From Octopus vulgaris (Eukaryota): a stretch of DNA of 64,000 nucleotides. Positions 1 through 11,400 of this stretch are shown piece by piece; position 1 is the first letter of the stretch, and each line of letters starts with the position of its first letter. The translations under genes were made by a program, and so were the position numbers. The DNA is taken from assembly GCA_951406725.2 (NCBI GenBank), contig OX597823.1:34224001-34288000 (forward strand), written 5' to 3'. The notes under the pieces were generated by a model that searched no databases, had not been told where the DNA came from, and worked only from the letters and a program-made list of their open reading frames with translations.

Positions 1-134
1 TCGCACAGAACTAAGTCTGTAATCCCTCAAAATTCAAAACTAACCCTTGTCACCATTGTAGGATGACATTAAACCTAGGTTTTAACAAGAGTCCAGTATA
101 AACTTATGTAAGGGGTAGAAATATAACACAATAC

Positions 135-223
135 CTGTTATAGTATGAGGAAAGAAATTCCAGGCTCGTTCAGTGACATAGAAGATTCGTGGAATAAGAC
201 TCTGTACCCAGCCTGGAAGTCGA
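135..223 (-). CDS. PITPNC1: PITPNC1-like coding exon 3: (S)RLPGWVQSLIPRIFYVTERAWNFFPHTIT(E/G); gene continues beyond left edge
   Basis: Acceptor ttcttcttttatttccag|T, donor ACAG|GTATTG, 89 nt. Phase 2 entry completes the AG|T codon from exon 2. Matches KLPSWARAVVPKIFYVTEKAWNYYPYTITE of PITPNC1. Confidence 0.95.
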
Positions 224-269
224 CTGGAAATAAAAGAAGAAAAACAAATTGATATAATCATATTTAAAT

Positions 270-512
270 ACACAAGAGTGGCATAGGACACAGGGGGTGG
301 CTTGGGATACAAGGGTGGTGTGGGACACAGGGGTGGTGTGAGACACAGGGGTGGTGTGGGACACAGGGGTGGTGTGGGATACAGGGGTGGTGTGGGACAC
401 AGGGATGGTTTGGGATACAGGGGCAGCTTGGGACACAGGGGTGGCTTGGGACATGAATGGTATGGGACACAGGGGGTGGTGTGGGACATAGGAGTGGCTT
501 CGGACACAGAGG
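270..512. repeat. 18-bp minisatellite (GGGACACAGGGGTGGTGT)n, ~12-13 copies
   Basis: Visible tandem period; source of the proline/glycine repeat ORFs at 82-729, 170-454, 302-628. Confidence 0.9.
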
Positions 513-673
513 TAGCTATGTGGTTCAGAAGTTTGCTTCCCAAGCTACATGGTTTGGAGTTCAGTCCCACGGCTTGGATCCTTCCAGTAACCCCAGACCA
601 ACCAAACAAAGCCTTGTGGATTTGGTAGATGGAAACTGAAAGAAGCCCCATTGTGGTGTGTGTGTGTATGATA

Positions 674-725
<52 letters not shown>

Positions 726-982
726 CCAAAAGAGGGTACAGACGCCACTATATATATTATTTTATGTAGAAAAATACAAACTGGGACAAGAACGTAAAAC
801 ATTTAGAAGACGATAGGAAAAACAGACGGGACATTCGATTAATCTTGATTAATCAGCCGAAATTGCTACGATGATCCGGTTCTTGACTGAAGATTGAAGG
901 TTTCGAATGTCCCGTCCGTTTTTCGAATCGTCTTCTAAATGTTTTACGTTCTTGTCCCAGTTTGTATTTTTCTACATAAAAT

Positions 983-1027
<45 letters not shown>

Positions 1028-1262
1028 GCATACACACGATGGAGCTTCTTCATTTTGTATACAAGTGTGTACATTTGTGTCATTGTCATTCATTTCCAGT
1101 ATCCTGCAAAAACATGCCAGGCCACAGGGAAATGTTACTTTGCTTGGAAACAGGTAAGAGTTGTTTAAAAGAAAGGCATCTGACCAAAGAAAATCTGCTT
1201 CATTTGTCTGACCCATGTAAGAATGGAAAAGTGGATGTTAAAATGATGATGATGAGGAGGAT
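503..1262 (+). mobile_element. tRNA-derived SINE (family A) with RTE-type (GAT)n tail, interrupted by a fold-back element in its internal (TA)n
   Basis: Head gtagctatgtggttcagaagtttgcttcc..gagttcagtcccac, core ggatttggtagatggaaactgaaagaagccc, tail aaagtggatgttaaaatgatgatg; same modules recur many times in the window. Confidence 0.75.
721..990. mobile_element. Fold-back element in (TA)n, arms ~757-838 / ~903-984 (Penelope-like remnant?)
   Basis: Near-perfect inverted arms (ORFs 545-802(-) and 939-1157(+) share MFYVLVPVCIFLHKI); (TA)n on both sides. Confidence 0.7.
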
Positions 1263-1355
1263 GACAAAATAACTAAGTTCAAACAAAATTTCATTATTTC
1301 TTCAAATGAGAAATAATTATGAGATTCTCTAATTATGTTAAAATTAATTTAATAA

Positions 1356-1573
1356 CTCCTTTTCTACTCTAGGCACAAGGCACGAAATTTTGGTGGAGGG
1401 GGGGCAGTCAATTAGATTAACCTCAGTATGCAACTGGTACTTAATTTATTGACCCTGAAAGGATGAAAGGCAAAGTCAACCTTGGTTTAATTTGAACTCA
1501 GAATGTAAAGACAGACAAAATACCGCTAAGCATTTCGCCCGGCGTGCTAACGTTTCTACCAGCTCGCCACCTT
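1356..1573 (-). mobile_element. tRNA-derived SINE (family B, TTA-flanked)
   Basis: Minus strand reads ggcgagctggtagaaacgttagc (A-box-like)..gagttcaaatt (B-box-like)..gcctttcatcctttcagggtc..ccttgtgcctagagtagaaaagg; many copies in window. Confidence 0.8.
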
Positions 1574-2047
1574 CACTTTAATTATTCCATCAGCATCATT
1601 AAGCAATGCTATTTTCGTTCACCAACCATATACAATTTTTTACATTTATATAACAGGTCTTACATCACAATTTTGGATGAGATCAGAATAATACTGAAAT
1701 ATGCAGTGTTGTTAAAAACATGTAAATAATATAATGACTAATATTTAGTCCTCACTGTATACATATTCTAATGAAGTGCTTAATACTCCATGTAAATACG
1801 ATAACACTATTTTGCCTGTCCCTTTAACTCCATAATTCTCAACCATTTTCTTCCTATTTTACTTAGGTAGACCTTCAAAGTCATTTGAGGTTTCAAAAAA
1901 TCCCATATTTTTATAATTAAATATTCATAGGAATTATTCTTTTACTTGTATCAGTCATTTGACTGTGGCCATACTAGAGCACCACCTTTAGTTGAACGAA
2001 TCGATCTCAGGACTTATTCTGTCGGTCTCTTTTGCCAAACTGCTAAG

Positions 2048-2102
2048 TTATAGGGGACGTAAGCACACCAACATTGGTTGTCAAGCAATGGTGGGGGGAC
2101 AA

Positions 2103-2150
<48 letters not shown>

Positions 2151-2476
2151 GATGGGCATCTTTCAGTTTCTATCAACCAAATCCACTCCAAGGCTTTGGT
2201 CGACTGAGGCTATAACAGAAGACACTTGCTCATAGAGGTCATGGTGATATCTAGGACAGGTCATACAAAAGACATGGGTACTTCCCACATTCTCCAATTA
2301 ATAAAGCTACATGAAAACAGCATTGAGTGATATTTAATGGATTAACTTGATATTAACAGGATTAACAAAGCTTGTGAAATATAAAGGATTAGAGAGATCA
2401 GTGGGACTTAGAGGGTTACACTGAAAAAGATTTATGGAACTGCTAAGGAATTTAATTTTGGCTTCTGATTTAGTTA
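2048..2476. repeat. Copy 1 of ~430-bp local direct duplication (SINE part plus flank)
   Basis: Near-identical to 3318-3755. Confidence 0.9.
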
Positions 2477-3317
2477 GAAGGAGACAAGATTAGTCATTGA
2501 CTTTAGTACTTCACTGGTGCTGTATTTAACACAAAGCGCAACAGGCCATGATCATGGACATCAGACACACGATCATGGCCCAGATAGATGCACTTACACT
2601 ATGGGCATTTGTTGAAGTCTAATGTCACTCAAATGCTCCGATATCACCCAGAACGCAAGAGGACAAATAGTTCAACTAATGACTTTTCAGATGACATAAA
2701 ACTTGCTGCCATTATATACTAAGAAGATATTTTAACTATTTTTTGTTTTTTATGTGTGCATGGTAATCTCATTTTCATAAAATGTGCTCAGTAGTCCATG
2801 CTATGTAAGTGCAAATCCCAGCGCTTCATGGGTTAATTAATCCTGGAGATAGAAAATGCAAAAATGACCTCAGCAGGATTTGAACTCAGAATGTAAAGAG
2901 CTGAAATGAATACAGTAAAGCATTTTTTCTGAAGCAAAAATTCTTCTGCCAATTTGCCTCCTTAAGGAATCTAATTATGAAAGTTAAATATAGATGCAAA
3001 AATGGCTGTGTGGTTAAGAAGTTCACTTACCACTCATATGGATTTGGGTTCAATCCTAACTTACAGCAATTTGATCAAATGTCTTCCATAGTCCCAACCC
3101 AACCAAAACCTTTCTGAGTGGATTTGGTAGATGGAAAATAAAAGAAGCCCTCTGTGTTTGTGTGTGTATGTGAGAGAGAGAGAGAGAGAGAGAGAGTGAA
3201 CAAACAAAAGAAAGCAACATTCAACACATTTTTTACAGCAGTGTGACTCCCATCCATCTCATCAGATGCTAGACGAGATGGACATGTCCTTTGTGCCCAT
3301 GAAACTTACAGGGGACG

Positions 3318-3387
3318 TTACAGGGGACGTAAGCACACCAACATTGGTTGTCAAGCAATGGTGGGGGGGACAAACACAGACACACAC

Positions 3388-3427
<40 letters not shown>

Positions 3428-3755
3428 CGATGGGCATCTTTCAGTTTCTATCAACTAAATCCACTCCCAATGCTTTGGTCGGCTGAGGCTATAACAGAAG
3501 ACACTTGCTCATAGAGGTCATGGTGATATCTAGGACAGGTCATACAAAAGACATGGGTACTTCCCACATCCTCCAATTAATAAAGCTACATGGAAACAGC
3601 ATTGAATGATATTTAATGGATTAAATTGATATTAACGAGATTAACAAAGCTTGTGAAATATAAAGGATTAGAGAGATCAGTGGGACTTAGAGGGTTACAC
3701 TGAAAAAGATTTATGGAACTGCTAAGGAATTTAATTTTGGCTTCTGATTTAGTTA
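3318..3755. repeat. Copy 2 of ~430-bp local direct duplication
   Basis: Near-identical to 2048-2476; 12-bp tandem ttacaggggacg x2 at the left junction (3306-3329). Confidence 0.9.
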
Positions 3756-4075
3756 CAAGTTAAGTGGAGTTGAGTCACAGGATTATTAAAAACCTATGTG
3801 TGTGTAAGAGAGTCTCTCCCTGTCCTGCAATTGGGTGCTGGTTATACACAAATATTAACATCATCCAAGAAGTGTCATTCATTTGTAATCATGTCCATCC
3901 ATTGTGCTGTTCATGTTCAAAGGACTAGAGAAGACAATATAACCTTACTCAGAAAGAGGTGGGGATTAGTGGCCCTCACCCATAGGAAATCTACCTCAAC
4001 AAATTATGTTTGCCTGAAGAAAGCATGGAAAGGTGGACATTAAAATGATGATTAAATAAGTTGCAGATGATTTAC

Positions 4076-4224
4076 CTGGACAGATGTATCCGTTTCTCTG
4101 TATATTGACCATTACCATGAACTGGATGTTCGCAGGGCTCATTCTTGACCACTTCAACACCTTCGCCACTTTCGCTTTGCTCATGGCTGTGTTTGGCTAT
4201 CATGTACAGTTGGCCAATCTTGTA
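4076..4224 (-). CDS. PITPNC1: PITPNC1-like coding exon 2: YKIGQLYMIAKHSHEQSESGEGVEVVKNEPCEHPVHGNGQYTEKRIHLS(S)
   Basis: Acceptor tttctgttttgtttgtttcag|TAC, donor TCCAG|GTAAAT, 149 nt. YKIGQLYM..KHSHEQS..GEGVEVV.NEP...HGNGQ.TEKR is characteristic of class II PITPNC1/RdgB-beta. Not in the ORF track in this frame. Confidence 0.96.
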
Positions 4225-4869
4225 CTGAAACAAACAAAACAGAAATTAATCATGAATGTTACCACCACCTTTATCTTCTACCCAGGTACTCTCACCAGTG
4301 CTTGCCCTTCAACACCTGGCATGAAGCCACAACCTTTCCCTCAAATGCACTCCCACTCACTCAAGGGATGTGTGAATTTTTCTTTCTATATCATTTGATT
4401 TTCCTCCCTATATCAATTTAGCAATTACGCAACAAAATCAAAGAGCATATTTATAACTAAATACCAACCACTTCTAAATACCCATGGCAGAAAAAGAACA
4501 ACTACAGCCAACTCTGCTCCAATTTTTGCTGAAGTTACCACTACTATAACTACTACTAGTTGAACACTCCTGCTAATACTACTACTATGATCCAGTCACA
4601 ATAAGAAGGAAACGAAATTTCAGCTTCATGCTATTTATGTAAGAAAACTGAACTTCTGCAATCGATATCATGAAAGATTAATTTCATATATTTTATTTTA
4701 CACTTTCATTTCAGCATGACTAAATCATCGTTTAAACAATAGAAACCAGTAGCACATTCTGACAAATGTTATTACTTTCTTCTTTTTTTCAATGATAATG
4801 TTCTCAGAGTATTTTTCTTTTTGTTCTTTAACATAAATTTACTCACGTGAAAACTTTTAACTTTTTCAA

Positions 4870-5315
4870 AACACAGACATATATATATACACAAACATGC
4901 ACACACATGTATATACACATACATATATATATACACAAACATGCACACACATGTATATACACATACATATACACAAACATGCACACACATGTATATACAC
5001 ATACATATATATATACACAAACATGCACACACATGTATATACACATACATATATATACACAAACATGCACACACATGTATATACACATACATATATATAT
5101 ATATATATATACATATATATATACACACACACCCATACATATACACACACACATACATACATATACACACACACACATACATACATACACACATACATAT
5201 ATATATATATATATACACACACACCCACATATATATATATACACACACACCCACACATATATATATACACACACACATATATATATATATATACATACAC
5301 ACACACGTACATATC
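4870..5315. repeat. Compound (TA/CA) microsatellite with higher-order unit (..acacaaacatgcacacacatgtatatacacatac..)
   Basis: Visible tandem repeats; gives spurious Y/I/C/V/H/T ORFs. Confidence 0.9.
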
Positions 5316-5567
5316 ACCTAAAGAAATGAATCCATGAAGACAATCAACCTGATCTCCATGGATACTAAGGACTGCACTATAACCATCCGAGGAATATGGA
5401 CTGTGATCTTAAGAGACGTGGTTTGTGGAAATGCACATAGCAATGCATTAAAATGTTTATAAATTCCATCCAAGGATTATTGTTATTGTTACTATACACA
5501 CACACACACATATATATATATATAGCAAAAATTTAGATTCAGATGAATATCCTTGTTGCTTATTTTG

Positions 5568-5600
<33 letters not shown>

Positions 5601-6620
5601 TGCATATATACGTATAGATAGATGGATGGAGAGATAGATGTATCACTGCTACAATATATAGAATATATAAATCTCATTGTTATGATATTCTGGTTGGTCT
5701 GGGGTTACAGCAGAAGACATTTGTTGAAGGTATCACAACAGGAGTGAACCTAAACCCACATGCTTAGGAAGCAAACTTAACTACGCAGCCATGTTTTTAC
5801 CTATTATGAATATATCACAACAAAAGTACATCAAAATGAAGTTAAAATTCTCTTATAATTGGAGCTGAGAGCAGATACAGTTGATGTCTTGCCTCAGATC
5901 TACAAATTAATTGCCAATCATGTAGTTGGTGACACAGTAGATTATCTCTGATCTAGATTTACCTCAGTAATCCTATAACTAATGTTATCTTAACTCAGGT
6001 TTAAACCTACCCTAGAATTGTTAATTAACACTCTCATTAACAGTAATTATGTGTTAGATTTAAAGCAATAAATGAAAACAATATTTACAAATGAAGTCCA
6101 TTCAGTTATTTTATTCCTGATATTGTATTTATGCTTCCGTCACTAACCCAATGTCTATTTTGCTGGCATGGGTCTGGACAGCAGGTTCTCTGAAGCAGGA
6201 CTTTACAACCAGATGCTCTTCCTGTCACCAACCCTAAACTGCTTCTGAAGAAAGGATTTATTTATTCTACAGTGGAGAGGGATCAAAAGGGTTTTGTTGA
6301 AAGCATAACATTGATATGTATCACTGACATATTCCACAGAGTCTAATCCTTCACTATTTCTATTTCCTATACAAACACACATACAAAACGTGTGTGTGTG
6401 TGTGTGTGCATGTATGTGTGTGTGTGTGGGTATACATACACATCTTTTACATGTTTGTTTAGAGTCCAGTATTTACGTCTTTTTAAGTCTGATGGTTAAG
6501 TCTAATACTTATTCCACTGATTCTTTCGCTGAACTGCTAAGTCGTGAGAATGCAAACAAATCAACACTAGCTGTATATACACACATATACACATGATACA
6601 CACACACATATATACGAGAT

Positions 6621-6657
<37 letters not shown>

Positions 6658-6699
6658 CGATACACACACATATACAAGATGCATACACATATACGAGAT

Positions 6700-6749
<50 letters not shown>

Positions 6750-8369
6750 GAGCTTCCACACAAATTCCATCAACCAAAATCACTCACATGGTATTGGTCA
6801 GCCTGGACAATAGTAGAAGACACTTGCCCAAGGTGCTGCACAGTGGGACTGAACCAGAAACCATGTGATTACAAAGTGACCTTCTTAACCGAACAGCCAT
6901 GGCTGCACCTATTATATAGGAAAAACGTTATTAACCAGTAGCAGTCATACATCTAACTATGGGTGTGTGTGTGTTTGTGCCTGTCTACACCAATTATATT
7001 AATTGGCTCAATTAAGAAACATTTCAGTCTTTGATGAGGTCTGCAACCACTTTGATCTTGTTCACTATTTTATCACAATGTCTTCTTTTGAAACGGAGGA
7101 GAAGAAGTGGCTGCAGAGACGAACAATCTACAAACATACAACATTCAGTTGATTCTTTGGTGAAGAAGTTACAAAGACGGTGAAACTCTCTAACCAAAGG
7201 GAGGACCACTTGCTCAATGTTATGCTCCATCTAGTCAACCCATTGCTTTCCCAAGCAGAAGACTGATCAGGACCGACCAGGGCTAAGCAACACCTTAAGA
7301 AAGTGAAAAATGCTGATGCTGATGGTAATGATAACGTCATAATAGTTGTGGTGGGAATGTTAATGGGGTAAATAAATGGGAGAATCATGGTAGTGATGGA
7401 TGTAATAATAGTCGGGACTGTGGTGGGAAAGGTAGTAGTGGTGGATGGAGTGGTAATGGAGATGGTGATGGTAGTCACAGCTGTGATGGTGGTGGTGGCA
7501 GTTCTGACAGTAGTGATGGTGGTTGCAAGGGTAACGATAATTGTGGTGGTAGTGGAGGTTGTGACAGTGGTGGTGGTGGTGGTTGCAGCATTTATGATCT
7601 TATTCACCTGATAAGTCAACAGGTACCAATGAACAACCAAGACATTAGATTAAAAGCTGATTTGGCAAGATTATCTGATCAATATTTCTATACTAATAAC
7701 CAATACACACACACACACACACACAAACATATCTAAAAATGAAAGAATCGTTGTTTAGGTAACATCTTATTACTGTAACAAAAGAAAACCTAAGCACACA
7801 AACACACACAACATTTCCAATGGATCTCCATCAGTTTCTATGATGAATATTCAGTAGTTTAGACTGAATTACCTCTTCCTTGGATTAGTATACATATGGC
7901 TGAATATCCCACAGATACATGTACATCATCATTATCAATGGTTTTACATCCACTTTTCTCTGCCTGCATGGTTCAGACAGAATTCACCGAGGCAGATACC
8001 CTTTCTCTTGCAAAACCTAACCTATTTCAAAGCAACTTAAAATTTTCCTCATGCTGGTGCCACATAAAAAGCACCCTGTACACTCTGTAAAGTGGTTGGC
8101 ATTAGGAAGGGCATCCAATTATAGAAACCGTGCCAAAACAGACATGGAACCTGAGCAACTCTTCGGCCGGCCAGCTCCTGTCAAACATCCCAACCCATGC
8201 CAGCATGAAAAACAGACATTAAAATGAGGATGGTGGTGATGATGATGAGGCATCTTTTCATGAAAGACTGGAGATGAATGACACAGCTTGTATCACAGTC
8301 ACACTTGTTTACAACTATCATGCAAAGCGGCACACATACACAGAGGAGAATTTAGTTCCTTGCCACAAT

Positions 8370-8490
8370 ACCGGAAAAAGTCAGAAGTGGTCATTGAAGA
8401 ATTTCTATGGCTTCACCAACCCTAATTCCTGGCCTCCTAATTCTCCCAATTTAATCCCATGGAGGTGTGGTTGAGAAAGATACCAACATG
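8370..8490 (+). mobile_element. Tc1/mariner-superfamily transposase fragment (maT/DD37D-like)
   Basis: Translates ..PCHNTGKSQKWSLKNFYGFTNPNSWPPNSPNL, a WPPNSPDLNP-type motif; related to 45040-45470. Confidence 0.6.
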
Positions 8491-11400
8491 CTCTGTGTAC
8501 AGCTACTGAATTTTATATTATTGTGTTAAAGACTTAGAATATTGATTTTGCTGTGTTTTCTTTTTTTTCATATAGACCTTAGAGAAGGCAGATATTCAAA
8601 GGTGAACAGAGTGAGATTTTGTGGTATCCATGCCTCTCTCCTAAAGGTCTATTCAATACAAGAAAAGTGAAAAAGTTACAAATACGAATTGAAACCAGAT
8701 CAGACCAAGTTTGGTTGTGTAGTCACTCTAGTGAATAACTATAAAACCATGAATTAACAAACTGCACTGAGACATACCATTCATACCACCATATACTGGA
8801 GGTAAACAGACTTGGCACTTCCACAGACCAATTACATATAATTATAGTCTGTGATCATTTTTGTGTCATTTAAAGAAAACCTGACAAACCAAATAATTTG
8901 AAGAATTATTTTTAATATCCAAAGGAAGTGTTTAAAGCTAGCAAAGCCAGACTTGTGCCTGCTGTGAAATAATGGTGTGAATTATAATGGGAAATTACAG
9001 AAACTTGCCAAAAACCCAGCTTTTAGAAGACAAACTTTTTTTTAATTTTGATGTTCTTGACACTATGAACATAACAAAATAATATGCAGGTCTAATATTG
9101 GCACAAAACCTTAGATTTTAGAGAAGGGCATGGTTAATTATATCACTCCCACTACTTGAGTGAGATTTTATTTTATCGATTCTGTGAAGATAAAAGGCCA
9201 AGTTAACCAAGGTATGATCAGAAACCAAAAGGTAAAACTTACAATGAAATAATGCAGCTTGACCATTTCACAAAATATAAGAATAATGATTTCAAATTTT
9301 GGCTCAAGGCCAGCAATTTTAGTGGGTCAATGTAAATAACCCCATCATTGAGTGGTACTTATTTTATCAATCCAGAAAGGATGAATAGCAAGGTTAACCT
9401 CAGCAGAATGTGAACTCAGATGTAAAGAGCTTGCATACATAGCACTAAGCATTTTGTCCAACATGCTAATGAGTTTGTCAGCTCACTGCCCTAATAATTA
9501 ACATTAATGATAATGAACTATTTTCTAACACAAAATCAAGGTCGGACATCTGGAGGAAGAGAATAATTCTCTCTCTCTAGTCCTCCCCCTACCAAGTGTA
9601 TCATTGCTATCTTGTTTACCCATCTACCCATGTTTCACCCTATCTACCCATGTTTCACCCCTTACTGCATTCCCCCTCTCCCTCCCACCTGCCCCTTTTG
9701 CACTTCTGTGAACAACTTGTTAATGCACCTTAAGCAATCCTTTACTATTCCATTTATATTCACACCCTTGTACCTTGAGAGTTATGCCCTCACAGAGCTC
9801 TCTCTCTCTTTCTCCCCCTCTAACTAGGGTAACCATATATCTCTTCTACAGCAAGACATTTGTTTCTTCTGTCCTCCAATCATAGTTTGACTTATCACCA
9901 GGCACAAAGCCACCCCACTCAATACAACTCCCCATCTCGGTTGAGGCCGGGGGTTCTTTGTCTTGCAAGTTACTTGGTGACCTCATCAGAGGTGGTGCCA
10001 CATAAAAAAACACCCAGTCCACTGTAAAATGGTTGGCATTAGGAAGAGCATCTAGCCGTAGAAACCATGACAAAGCTGGCAATGGAACTCTTGGCACAGT
10101 CCTCTGGCTTGCCAGCTCCTGTGAAGCTGTTCAACCCATACCAGCATGGAAAAACGGACATTGAATGGTGATAATCTTGGAAGGATGAAAAACAAAGTTG
10201 ATCTTGGTGGAATTTAAACTGAAAATCCAAAGAACCATAACTAAATACCAAAAAGTCACTTAGTTTGACCCTTTAGCAAGTCTATCAATGCCTAAAATAA
10301 TAACAAATCTGCTGTGAGAAGAATTTGAGGTGATTGCTCTTGGTGGGTTGGTATCAAAAGGATTAACCCAAGCTCAACTCTGATTGAACAAATCAATGAT
10401 AATAAGCATTCTACTTCATAATTTTTCTTTCAGATCGGTGTTGATGACCACATTAACTAGTGTGTCCATTTTTAAGACAGTAGAATATGACTTTAGAGAG
10501 AAATTCAGCTTCTATTTCTAGCATATTTAGCAACCACATAGTAGTCAAAGTGCTAAACTACCAGCTCATATTCTATGAATTCATATCAACAGCAATTGTT
10601 TGGTGCAGTTTTGTTGATCAAGAGTACCATTAATTGATACAGAAGAAGAGTACCATTAATTGATAGAGAAGAAGAGTATCAATAATCTGGTTTATTGCCA
10701 GTGGATTGGCATCCTATCCAGGAGACGACAAATTGATAAACCACTCTGCAGAGAATCCAGTAAAGGAGCTTCAATAGAGTGGGGGGGGTAATTCAACTCC
10801 CTAAAAATAACAGTCAAATTTTCTCCCAAGTCACACACAATACAAAAAAAAAAAATAAAGGACATTGGATGATGTAATCCAAGACAGACAATACCTGGTC
10901 ATGGCTGAAATGTTTTAGATCACAGGTCTACTGATTGAAGGCTGTCTTGGAGTTAACAGCAACCTTCATGATAGTAATTTTTATCAATGCAAAAGATATT
11001 TGAACTCAGGACGTAAAGGCAAACAAAATGCCACTAAGTGTTTTGCCCAGCATGCTAACAGTTCAGCCAGTTCAATGTAGCAGTAGTAGTAGTAAATAAG
11101 TAAATGATAGATAAAATGTGTGTCTAAATTGAAATGGGAATTTTCTAGAATAAAATATTTTCTTCAGCAGTTCATGCAATATTGAAGAATCCATCAGAGC
11201 AGGCCAACAGAGGAAACCAAACTGGGAATGACATTAAAGACTCCAGAGTGTCCATTGCGTCATGCTGGGAAACATTTGAAATGTCTCACTTGAAGTCACT
11301 TGTTTTATGTGACACCAGAGCAATGTTAAAGCCAGTAACATCATCAGCTGGAACTAAATATCTTATTAATTCAACTGATATTAATGACTCTGTCTTTATG

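Noticed and set aside
1-134. Next (micro)exon of the PITPNC1-like gene
   Set aside because: No AG-[E-Y-T codons]-GT pattern found on the minus strand here.
82-729. 215-aa ORF as a single-exon gene
   Set aside because: Only 135-223 is a real exon; the rest reads through minisatellite, SINE and (TA)n.
3996-4398. ORFs 3996-4184(-) and 4084-4398(+)
   Set aside because: Off-frame and antisense shadows of PITPNC1-like exon 2.
4772-5337. Overlapping long Y/I/C/V/H/T ORFs (also ~21218-21893, 30018-30442, 50699-51059)
   Set aside because: Translations of stop-free TA/CA microsatellites.
7128-7640. Thr-rich mucin-like ORF
   Set aside because: Low-complexity GTG/GAT decay inside an intron, with no splice or homology support.
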